DNA of 64,000 nucleotides from the NCBI GenBank assembly GCA_965228855.1, contig CBDDIJ010000002.1, forward strand, positions 1,056,001-1,120,000. Direction: 5' to 3'. This document shows, in pieces, positions 10,789 through 19,315 of the stretch. Numbering within the stretch: the stretch's first letter is position 1; every line of letters starts with the position of its first letter. The notes under the pieces were generated by a model. The model saw only the letters and a list, made by a program, of their open reading frames with translations. It had not been told where the DNA came from and ran no database searches. The translations under genes and the position numbers were made by a program. This DNA comes from Candidatus Obscuribacterales bacterium. GTDB lineage: Bacteria > Cyanobacteriota > Vampirovibrionia > Obscuribacterales > Obscuribacteraceae.

Positions 10789-11547
10789 ATGAAACGCAAA
10801 ACTGTTTTTCGCGATTGTATTAGATCTGACCTGAAAGTTCTTCAAAAACTGGTTGAGGAACTGTATTACACGGACGCGGGACCGCGCGCCGATGTGCCGG
10901 AGATTGCGTTCACTTATCGCTCACTGTCTGCTAAGCCGGAAAAAGGTCGCCTTATCGTTTTCGAGAAAGGGGATGAACTGGTCGGTTACGCCATTTTGAT
11001 TTTCTTCTTCAGCAGTGAATTTGGTGGAGACATCATCGATATCGACGAGATTCTGGTCACAGAGGATGCACGTGGGCAGGGCGTCGGCAGTGCCTTCTTC
11101 GAGTGGATTTCCAAGACTTACAAAAAAGCGGTGGGCTGGAGCCTTCAGGTGCGCCCTGGCAATAAAAGGGCGCGAAAACTCTACGAGAGTTTCGGTTTCT
11201 TGACCTCAGCCAACCTTCATCTCTACAACATTTTTGCATGGAACGATCGTCATCTTTTGCGAGGCGAGTCGGCCAAGAGAAAGGAATTCAGCCGGAAAAA
11301 TACAACACCAAGCAAAACCGAGCCCAGGAGTGTCAGCAAAAAATCGACAGCCGAACACGGTTCACCAGCGGGACATGCAGAAAGTAAATCGAAGCCAAAC
11401 AATAAGACTCGTGCCAAGTCGACGGTAAAAACCAGCTCCAGCAGTGCGAAGGTAAAATCTCGAAGCCTCGGCGGTCGGTCCACTAAAACCGGATCATCCA
11501 GAGCCCAAGCTGCCGCCAAGAGTGCCGCCCGAAAACGAAGTCGATAG
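10789..11547 (+). CDS. GNAT acetyltransferase with Lys/Ser/Arg-rich basic C-terminal tail
   Basis: IDEILV..ARGQGVG, N.RARKLYESFGF. Confidence 0.85.
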   Translation: MKRKTVFRDCIRSDLKVLQKLVEELYYTDAGPRADVPEIAFTYRSLSAKPEKGRLIVFEKGDELVGYAILIFFFSSEFGGDIIDIDEILVTEDARGQGVGSAFFEWISKTYKKAVGWSLQVRPGNKRARKLYESFGFLTSANLHLYNIFAWNDRHLLRGESAKRKEFSRKNTTPSKTEPRSVSKKSTAEHGSPAGHAESKSKPNNKTRAKSTVKTSSSSAKVKSRSLGGRSTKTGSSRAQAAAKSAARKRSR

Positions 11548-11579
11548 GCAATCGAGATCAGATTTCTCAAGAGTCCCTA

Positions 11580-12071
11580 TTATGCTTGCGGAAAGAACAG
11601 ATAATCTTTTCCGTCTTTGCTCGGGCGAATGATAACAACCTTGCCCTCAGTGCGTTTCGGGCGTCCTGATTTGTTCAGTTCCATAAACATGTTTGAAACG
11701 ATGTCTTCAGGAACTATGCGGTCGCGCGATCGGTTTCGCTCCAGGCAAATCTCCAGAGGTATGTCCAGGAGCCAGAGTTGGATATCCGCGTATCCGAATT
11801 TTTCGCAGCGCTCGAGAATCGGTTTGCGTTGTTTGGGATTGAGATTGGTGTTGTCGATAATGACGTCGACGCCCTCCAGCATGAGCTCTTCGAGTCTCGT
11901 AAAGAAGAGTGCGAACACTTCTTCTTTATCGCCCTGCTCGGCAGCGTTGCCATAAAGTTCCAGGCGGATGCTGTCCGCGTTGATGTATTTCCAGCCCTTC
12001 TCGGCGATTTTTTGCGCGAGCGTGGTTTTACCTGAGCCAGGAACACCAATCATGAGAATAATCCGCTTCAA
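11580..12071 (-). CDS. P-loop kinase (AAA_33/polynucleotide kinase-like)
   Basis: GVPGSGKTT, DSIR, IIDNTN, CLERNRSR. Confidence 0.85.
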   Translation of the reverse strand: MKRIILMIGVPGSGKTTLAQKIAEKGWKYINADSIRLELYGNAAEQGDKEEVFALFFTRLEELMLEGVDVIIDNTNLNPKQRKPILERCEKFGYADIQLWLLDIPLEICLERNRSRDRIVPEDIVSNMFMELNKSGRPKRTEGKVVIIRPSKDGKDYLFFPQA

Positions 12072-12083
12072 AGATTCATCTCC

Positions 12084-12539
12084 TCAAGAGCCAGTTTTCG
12101 ATGATTGCACGGAGTTCGGCCGGTTCTTCGTTTCCTCGACGACCCACTTTGTCCAGACTCCTGCAAGATACATACTAAAGATGAAATAGGTGATCATCAA
12201 TATGCGCTCGGTGCGCATGTTGTCCTCGGTGGCGATTGAGATCCTGTGCCCGAGCCAGGCGTTGCCGAAATAAACGCCGCCGATTGTCAGAAAATAGAGG
12301 CAGGTCGAAACATAACTCATGCGCGCCCATTTGTTCAGTTTTTTATACGACAAGAGCGTTTCAAGCAGCCAGCCGCAGCCAAAGATCAGGAGAGACAGCC
12401 CGTAGTGCTGAAAGCGGCTGATTGGCATGTAGTTTTGCACATGCGTGAAAAAAACCGCAAGCGCGATCGCTGCAAACAGAAGAACCAGCCGGCAGCGGCT
12501 TGTAGATTGCCACAAAGATTTGATCGAGATGCGCGCCAT
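12084..12539 (-). CDS. Hypothetical membrane protein
   Basis: Four hydrophobic segments; directly downstream of pyrC on the same strand. Confidence 0.7.
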   Translation of the reverse strand: MARISIKSLWQSTSRCRLVLLFAAIALAVFFTHVQNYMPISRFQHYGLSLLIFGCGWLLETLLSYKKLNKWARMSYVSTCLYFLTIGGVYFGNAWLGHRISIATEDNMRTERILMITYFIFSMYLAGVWTKWVVEETKNRPNSVQSSKTGS

Positions 12540-12547
12540 TGCTTAAA

Positions 12548-13858
12548 TCATAACCGATCTTGATAGACGATCTTTCCGTTGGCGATGGTGGCGACCACTT
12601 TGGCTGAAAGCATGACGCCGTCGTAGGGGGAGTTCGAACTCTTGGAGAAACCTTTTGTCGTCTGGTAAGTCCAATCGCGTTTCGGATCAATGACGGCGAT
12701 GTCTGCGCGAGAACCTGCAACCAGGGCGGGATCGGGAAGACCGATGACAGATGCCGGACCGCTCGTCAGTAAATAAATCAGCTCATTGATCGTCAAATGA
12801 TCTTCCTTGACCAGTCGCTGATAAACGACGCTGAAAGCGGTTTCTAACCCGATGATGCCAAACGGTGCGCTGGCAAAAGCCTGTGCTTTTTCTTGCTTCG
12901 TATGAGGCGCATGGTCCGTGGCGATGGCGTCGAAGATGCCCTCTTTAAGCGCTTCTACGAGTTGGTTTTGATCGCGCTTGCTGCGCAGCGGCGGATTCAT
13001 TTTGAATCTGGTGTCGAAGTCGCGGATGTCTTCGTCTGCGAGCGTAATATGATGCGGCGAGACTTCTGCCGTGACTGAGAGCCCGTCTTCTTTCGCGCGT
13101 TTAATCAGTTGAATTGCTTCGCATGTAGAAACATGCGCGAAGTGCAAGCGTCCGCCGACCGCCCGCACTACTTCGATTTCACGGGCTACGCAAGCCGATT
13201 CCGACACGGAAGGGATGCCTTCGAGTCCAAGTTTGGTGGCGTACTGCGAGTCGTGCATGCAACCTTTTTTTGAAAGCGCATGGTCTTCAGGATGGCTTAT
13301 GATGGTCTTGTTGAGCAGTTTTGCAAATTGCAGTCCGCGCGCCATCACGGCAAGATTGTGCAACGGCATGCCGTCGTCGGAAAATGCGATTGCTCCCAGC
13401 TCCGCTAGCTGAGCCATTTCCGTGAGCTGTTCGCCTTTCAGTCCGAGCGTGACGGCTGCGAGAGGTAGCACGCGAATGCAGGCGGTTTCTTCGATCTTGT
13501 CTTTGATGATTGAAAATATGCGCGGCGTGTCGGTGGGCGGATCCGTGTTCGCCATTGAAACCACGGTAGTGAAACCGCCTGCAGCGGCCGCTCTGGTGCC
13601 GCTCTCAATCGTCTCCTTGCCTGCCTGATTCAGATCGCGCAGATGGGTGTGAATGTCGATCAGCCCTGGTGTAATCCACAAGTCATTGGCTTCGATGACG
13701 GTTTCATCGCTTGCTTCTGCGAGTTCTTCGCTGATTTCCTTGATGACACCATCGGCGATGCGCACATCGGCTCTGTGAAACTCTTTCTTGCTGCCCTTTC
13801 CCGGCTGATGGGGCGGGACGATCAAGCCGCGCCGCAAGAGGATCTTTTCTGTGGTCAT
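12548..13858 (-). CDS. pyrC: Dihydroorotase
   Basis: PGLIDIHTHLR, GTRAAAAGGFTTV, KMNPPLR, ATDHAPH; ATGA overlap with pyrB stop. Confidence 0.95.
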   Translation of the reverse strand: MTTEKILLRRGLIVPPHQPGKGSKKEFHRADVRIADGVIKEISEELAEASDETVIEANDLWITPGLIDIHTHLRDLNQAGKETIESGTRAAAAGGFTTVVSMANTDPPTDTPRIFSIIKDKIEETACIRVLPLAAVTLGLKGEQLTEMAQLAELGAIAFSDDGMPLHNLAVMARGLQFAKLLNKTIISHPEDHALSKKGCMHDSQYATKLGLEGIPSVSESACVAREIEVVRAVGGRLHFAHVSTCEAIQLIKRAKEDGLSVTAEVSPHHITLADEDIRDFDTRFKMNPPLRSKRDQNQLVEALKEGIFDAIATDHAPHTKQEKAQAFASAPFGIIGLETAFSVVYQRLVKEDHLTINELIYLLTSGPASVIGLPDPALVAGSRADIAVIDPKRDWTYQTTKGFSKSSNSPYDGVMLSAKVVATIANGKIVYQDRL

Positions 13859-14877
13859 CGATGTGAATCCTCTGAATTTAATAGAAGAAGTAAGACTGCC
13901 ATTCGTACGGGAATGCCGTTGGTTACTTGCAGATGGATGGCTGAAATGTTTGGATCGTCGGCAAGCTCCGACGTCAACTCGACTCCGCGATTGATTGGTC
14001 CGGGGTGGAATAGTCGAACCGTAGACTTTGCCTTCTTCATTCTGGCATGGTCCAGACGCCAAATTTTGCGATAGTCATCGAGGCTGGTTATCAGTCCGTC
14101 TTGCTGGCGCTCCAATTGCATGCGCAATGCCATGACGAAATCGGCGCGCTCAAGGGCTGGTGCGAGTTCATAATGAGTCGTGACGCCCATCTCTGATAGT
14201 CCTTCCGGCATCAAGGGTGGTGGCGCGCAGACATGAACGTCAACACCGAGATTGGTCAGAAGGCGTATGTTGGAGCGCGCTACGCGACTATGTTTAACAT
14301 CGCCGATGATCGCGAGTTTGCGCCCTTCGACGTTGCCGCATATCTCTTGCATCGTGAATAGATCAAGTAGTGCTTGCGTAGGGTGAGCGTTCCAGCCGTC
14401 GCCTGCGTTTACAACCGAGACATAGGAGGGTACTGCGTTGGAGAGCTGGGAAGCGGCACCTGAACTGGCGTGTCGTTGAATAAGGGCGTCGGCTCCCATT
14501 GCGATCAGGGTCGAGGCGGTATCGAATATGGTTTCACCCTTGGTGACCGAGGATGTGTTTATGTCCAGATTTATGACCTGGGCGCCTAGAGTCTGAGCCG
14601 CTAGAGTGAAGCTGCTCCGAGTGCGCGTGGAGTTCTCGTAGAAAACGTTGGCGACCACTTTGTCATTTAACAGATTGAGCGGAGATTTATCGCGGGCAAT
14701 GATGTGCTTCGCCGTTTCCGCCGTCGCCATTATGCTTGACACCTCGTCCCTGGTTAGGTCACCGGTGTCTATCAAATGTCGTCGTTGGTTGAATTTCCGA
14801 GCGCCGTCGCTGCGCGTGGTGGCGAGCAAAGCGGCTCTGTTTGTTTCTTGAGAAGGGTTGCTGATGTTCGATGGCAT
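13855..14877 (-). CDS. pyrB: Aspartate carbamoyltransferase catalytic subunit
   Basis: FYENSTRTRSSF, KGET, NAGDG..AHPTQALLD, HSRVARSN, HPGPINRG; start approximate. Confidence 0.96.
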   Translation of the reverse strand: MPSNISNPSQETNRAALLATTRSDGARKFNQRRHLIDTGDLTRDEVSSIMATAETAKHIIARDKSPLNLLNDKVVANVFYENSTRTRSSFTLAAQTLGAQVINLDINTSSVTKGETIFDTASTLIAMGADALIQRHASSGAASQLSNAVPSYVSVVNAGDGWNAHPTQALLDLFTMQEICGNVEGRKLAIIGDVKHSRVARSNIRLLTNLGVDVHVCAPPPLMPEGLSEMGVTTHYELAPALERADFVMALRMQLERQQDGLITSLDDYRKIWRLDHARMKKAKSTVRLFHPGPINRGVELTSELADDPNISAIHLQVTNGIPVRMAVLLLLLNSEDSHR

Positions 14878-15059
14878 TGACCCATTTTCCCAATCCGGCA
14901 GAGCGAATGTCAATTAAAGCCAAGCGGTTTAACTCTGCTAAACCAAAGGGGCAGTCAAGCAGCTGGATACAATTTGCAGGGTGGCTGTCGCCCGGATGCC
15001 TCGCGTGCGTTTCGAGTTCGTGAAACGGCATTTCTATGTCGTCGAGTGTTTTGTCGGTT

Positions 15060-15113
15060 TTGGCTACGGCTCGTAGACGCTTTTTTGAAAATCCGGCATC
15101 GTGGCGTAGACAA
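15060..15113 (+). repeat. 54-bp imperfect palindromic dispersed repeat, copy 1
   Basis: TTGGCTACGGCTCGTAGACGCTTTTTTGAAAATCCGGCATCGTGGCGTAGACAA. Confidence 0.9.
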
Positions 15114-15136
15114 GCGGGGGTGTTCTGGGTCTAGCT

Positions 15137-15305
15137 GGGAGGGTGAATCGCTGGAAAGACCCTCTATGGCTGGGTTGTGGTCTTGAAGGGAATACGAAGA
15201 AATATAGTAGGGATTTGGGTGGGAGGATGAATTGAATCTCTGGAAAGGCTCTCTATGGCAAGGTTTTGGACTCGAGGTGAGCACGAAGGAATATAGTAGA
15301 CGATT
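15137..15305 (+). repeat. Degenerate ~89-bp tandem duplication, each unit ending in AATATAGTAG
   Basis: CTGGAAAG.C.CTCTATGGC...ACGAAG.AATATAGTAG beginning at 15151 and 15240. Confidence 0.75.
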
Positions 15306-15313
15306 TTGTTAGC

Positions 15314-15344
15314 GCCACGGTCGAGAAGTCCCGTCGACCGTGGC
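15314..15344 (-). terminator. Stem-loop downstream of the 15376-15639 gene
   Basis: GCCACGGTCGA/TCGACCGTGGC perfect 11-bp stem. Confidence 0.55.
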
Positions 15345-15375
15345 TTTCGCTGGGAGCGTTTATGCTCCCGACAGA

Positions 15376-15639
15376 TTATTTGCGCATGAGCTTGATGACA
15401 CATGCGGCATCGTCGCCGGTCATGTCGGTGCCGAACATATTGCAGCGGCCGTCCTTGGGCGAATCGTAGATGTTTGAAAGCTCGCGCTTCACCGGAAGGA
15501 CAATGCTGTCGTTCGGCGCGAGCACGAGTTTGGCGAGCATGACGTGCACGCGAGTGCGCATGCGGCGATTCGCCTGGGAATTGAACTTCTTGGAGGAGCT
15601 AGGGGAAACGACCGGCGACTTTTTAAACGAGCGAGACAT
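15376..15639 (-). CDS. Small basic hypothetical protein (MSRSxKK...ANRR.R type)
   Basis: GAAGGAGAG RBS before ATG at 15639; 87 aa. Confidence 0.75.
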   Translation of the reverse strand: MSRSFKKSPVVSPSSSKKFNSQANRRMRTRVHVMLAKLVLAPNDSIVLPVKRELSNIYDSPKDGRCNMFGTDMTGDDAACVIKLMRK

Positions 15640-15770
15640 GGCGGACTCTCCTTCTGAGAGCGGCGCAGCCCGCCGGTCCACTGGAACCGGCTTTCAGAGA
15701 TGCGCCCAATCAGAAGAAGGGCAAATGAGTTTTGAAAGACATTCATTTCTCCTTGTGTGGAATCGTTTGG

Positions 15771-16244
15771 TTACTGAAAGAAGCGAACGCGCACCGCGAG
15801 CTTTTCCAGTACCGGAATGGTGAGTGTGGTCAGCACGAGCAAAATCGTGCCGAAGAACGGTTGGTAAATCTCCGGCCAGGTGACCTCGAACGGTCCGCCG
15901 AGCGCGAAGACCCAGACGGTGAAGGAAACCGACGCCGCAATCGCGTGAAATTTGCGCGAGGGTGGCTCGTTCAGAAAGAAGATGTAGGTCGGTTTCAGGC
16001 AGACGTAGAGAGGCGTCAATATCAAGATCGCTACGAACACGACCCAGTAAAGCGGGACTTGGTAGTCGAGGGTCTGGGTTTTGATGACGCCGTCCAGGAA
16101 CATGTACGCTGTCACAAGAGGTCCGGGGATGTAGCGAATGATTTTCTCGAAGTACGAGACTTCGCGGCTGTCCGGCGGAATGATTTTGTGTTTGTTGGGA
16201 CAGTTGGGGTCGCAAACACACGTGCAAGACACAGGGGGTTTCAT
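15771..16244 (-). CDS. Hypothetical membrane protein
   Basis: GGAGG RBS; Y.EKI.RYIP motif and WVFALGGPF; four TM segments; Cys-rich N-terminus. Confidence 0.75.
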   Translation of the reverse strand: MKPPVSCTCVCDPNCPNKHKIIPPDSREVSYFEKIIRYIPGPLVTAYMFLDGVIKTQTLDYQVPLYWVVFVAILILTPLYVCLKPTYIFFLNEPPSRKFHAIAASVSFTVWVFALGGPFEVTWPEIYQPFFGTILLVLTTLTIPVLEKLAVRVRFFQ

Positions 16245-16845
16245 GATGAACCCTCCGGGAGTTAATTGATGGTAAATCCTCGAAGAGGAACAGTGCGTAT
16301 CGAATCGACAGCGGCTCGGACCCGGGCGCCTTTGCGTCGTTTGGCGGTTTCAGTAGTGGAGGCGCTGGCTAGGTTGCTGTTAAATACTCGAGCTCAATGG
16401 TTTCGATACAGATGTCATGCTCATGGTGAGTGTTGTTATGCGATCAAATCCAGCGTTTTGCGGAGAAAATGCAAATCTAATCCGGAAATTTTGCGCAATT
16501 TAGATTGCAAACAGCGCTATGCCAATGGGGGGCGTTATTGCAATATCAGTATCTTCATTTGATTCTGAACTGTTCTGGTCTCTGCTTTCAGATGTCTTCG
16601 ATTTGCCCATGATCGAGTCGGTTCTTGAACCGAGCCCGCTTATCTTTCATTAATTCTCGACCATAGGGCGTCGCTGTTTCAAAATGGTACTACATACAGT
16701 ATTACTGACCCCTCCCTCTGACAACGCTTACAAGCCGCTTTCTGACAGGTATAGATTTGTTTTAAAGTACTCCTGAATGAGTCTCGTTTAATGCTTGAGA
16801 ACGGAATGAGGTATACCTTGCCAATGGTGACAGAAGGAGCCCGAT

Positions 16846-17535
16846 TTGAAATTTTTAGGATGGATAGTTTTCTCCTGTGGTTTGATGTCGTTTATCGAAC
16901 ACCAGGTTCACGCCCGCTTGATGCACCGCAGAAACTTTCTAAGTGAACGTTCGCCAAAGTACAAGCGCGTTTTCGAATCGCACGCTATCGTGCACCATAA
17001 GCACTACTCGAAGATATTTCATGACGAGCCGGTGCCGCCAGGCGAAGACAAAGAGATACGCCTGACTGTTCACAAAGCGCCAATCAAAGGACTGCCCGCA
17101 GCGTTGATCCTCGCCTGCTTCTCGTGGAAAGCGGCGGCAGCATTTACCGCTGTTATAACCGCCCACCATTGGATCTGGAACAAAATCCACCTTGAGATGC
17201 ACAAGCCCGAACAGCGCAAGTTCAGCAAGTGGCCTGTTTACCGCTTTCTCGCTCGCTATCACTGGCTGCACCACAGATATCCGGATAAAAACTTCAACGT
17301 TGTTTTCCCGTTCGCTGATTACGTTCTCGGCACGGTCGCCAAGGCGACGCCTGAGGATGAGCGGGCGATGATTTTGGAGTTCGAGTCAAATCAAGTTGCG
17401 GCGGATGCCGCTGATGCCGTTTCCACGGGCTTGCCTGGCGAAGAACCAGTGGCGTCTGTGTCCGTCGACGCTTCGGTGTCGAATCCGGCGCCACAGCCGG
17501 TTGCTGCCACCGCGACTGTTGACCTGACTGCCTGA
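16846..17535 (+). CDS. Fatty acid hydroxylase/sterol desaturase-like membrane di-iron protein
   Basis: His boxes HARLMH, HAIVHH, HLEMH, HWLHH followed by NFNV..P.ADYVLGT. Confidence 0.8.
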   Translation: MKFLGWIVFSCGLMSFIEHQVHARLMHRRNFLSERSPKYKRVFESHAIVHHKHYSKIFHDEPVPPGEDKEIRLTVHKAPIKGLPAALILACFSWKAAAAFTAVITAHHWIWNKIHLEMHKPEQRKFSKWPVYRFLARYHWLHHRYPDKNFNVVFPFADYVLGTVAKATPEDERAMILEFESNQVAADAADAVSTGLPGEEPVASVSVDASVSNPAPQPVAATATVDLTA

Positions 17536-17631
17536 ATTCAAGCGCAAATTTAAATTTGAAAGATTTTGAGTGGCGCAGCTGTTGATGCTACGATAGGTCC
17601 GAACGACGTTTTCGTAGCGGCTTGGTGAACG

Positions 17632-18522
17632 ATGCCATCAATTCTTTCGGCCGACGATATTATAGAGATTGCCGGCGGGCGGCTGGCGCAGGGTCTGGTA
17701 CCGAGCGAGTCCGGACGAATCGTGACGGACACTCGTCAAGATTTAGAGGGCGCCTGGTTTCTGGCCCTCCAGGGGCAGGTCTACGACGGTCACGATTTCC
17801 TGGGCGATGCTTACTCCGGTGGCGCCATTGGGTGCATTGTCGAGGAGCGTCAGAATTACCCATTGCCTGCCGAAGCGCCTTTCCCGCTCATCGCAGTGCC
17901 GGAGACGTTGATTGCGCTTCGCGATTTGAGCAGAAACTGGCGGCGCCGGTTGGCGCTCAAAATGATTCTTGTCGTCAGCGCCGAGCGTGAGCGGGCATTT
18001 GGTTTAGCGGGCTACACCGCCAAAATCTTGTCTTCACGCTTTCCGACAAAGCTCATCGACTTCAGCACTTCTCCCGGCAATCCGCTCTCTGAGCTAATCG
18101 CGCTCGATGAGTCGACTCAGTTCGTTGTGGCGAGCATGGTGCCGCCTTGTATTGATGATGTTTTGTTCGAGTCCGCAGCGTTGTGTCCGAACATTCTGAT
18201 TTTCACGGACGAGCCTTTCGCGTACATGCGTCTGACCACGACGCCAGAGGAACTTGAGAAAGGCATGATGAATCTTCTGTCCTCAATGGATCGACGACCG
18301 GGTCTGGTGCTGGCTTGTGGAACTGCGTCCGCGGTCGTGCGTGGTTTTGAAATGCCGCAAAACGCTACCTTCAAGGCGTTTCCGGGTGCGGCTTCCAATC
18401 CGCACGTGACCGGCGACGGCGAAGAACACTTTATGCCCAGTGCCGAAGAGAGCTGGTGTGTTGCGGAAGTCTGCAAGGATTGCGGAATTCCGGATGATAT
18501 CATATATGGTGCTTTTGTTTAA
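17632..18522 (+). CDS. MurF N-terminal domain-containing protein, degenerate Mur ligase
   Basis: TDTR, FLALQG..YDGHDF, V.ETL.AL; no GxxGKT P-loop and no C-terminal domain. Confidence 0.7.
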   Translation: MPSILSADDIIEIAGGRLAQGLVPSESGRIVTDTRQDLEGAWFLALQGQVYDGHDFLGDAYSGGAIGCIVEERQNYPLPAEAPFPLIAVPETLIALRDLSRNWRRRLALKMILVVSAERERAFGLAGYTAKILSSRFPTKLIDFSTSPGNPLSELIALDESTQFVVASMVPPCIDDVLFESAALCPNILIFTDEPFAYMRLTTTPEELEKGMMNLLSSMDRRPGLVLACGTASAVVRGFEMPQNATFKAFPGAASNPHVTGDGEEHFMPSAEESWCVAEVCKDCGIPDDIIYGAFV

Positions 18523-18600
18523 TTGGCTGGCAGGATGCGTCTAGCCGCATGGTTAGCGGCAGGAGCGTTATCTGTTGCTGTTAAACCTGCTCCGGTGCCT

Positions 18601-18993
18601 TCACGCCCGTTGTTCTGACGGATGTAAATGCCCTTTGCTGCGCGACACAAACAGGTAGAGCTGTTGAGTGAGCCACATTGTCCCAGGCAGAATGTAGAAA
18701 ACTGCGGCGATCTTTCCGAACGGCAAATTTTTGAGAATTATCGGCACGGCTTCCGGACCTTCCCATTCCAAGCCGTTCTCGTCGATTAAGAGCAGGCTCC
18801 ACTTCGAGCTATCCAGACGCTGAATCAGGTCAGTGGCACGCGGGCTCGTCGAGTCGCGATCGACAAAGACGAAGGATTGCTGCTTGTCCCACCATTTTAT
18901 GAGCGCGCCGAAATTTCGCACGACAGTGCAGCGCTCATCGCAAACGATGGTGAATGATAGGGACTCCTGGCATGCATTTGCGACAGTGTTCAT
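18601..18993 (-). CDS. DCC1-like (DUF393) thiol-disulfide oxidoreductase family protein
   Basis: IVCDERCTVVR (variant of DxxCxxC), G.EA..IL..LP, Y.FVSR. Confidence 0.65.
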   Translation of the reverse strand: MNTVANACQESLSFTIVCDERCTVVRNFGALIKWWDKQQSFVFVDRDSTSPRATDLIQRLDSSKWSLLLIDENGLEWEGPEAVPIILKNLPFGKIAAVFYILPGTMWLTQQLYLFVSRSKGHLHPSEQRA

Positions 18994-19315
18994 GTCAAGT
19001 GCACCTTCCCGGAAATTTTTTGAGTTGGTTAAGTTTAGCATTGGTTCACCTTTCCTGAGAAGCCGGTAGGATCAAATTTTTTGTGTTTTTTGAAAGTTTC
19101 AAAGTGTTCTTGGCAGCATGTTGTCATACTTAATTCTGTTGAATAAACCCTCTGCTTGAAAAGGGTGTTGGCTCAGAAAATGGGCATAACAAGTAAGTCT
19201 AGAGCGAGGATAGGTTGCTCTTTTCGGTCAATAGCACAGTAATCGCTGGAAGATGCTCGGGGTGTCGTTTTCGACTATGCCGGGCTTCTATCTCCATTGT
19301 CGAGGCATCTCTTAC

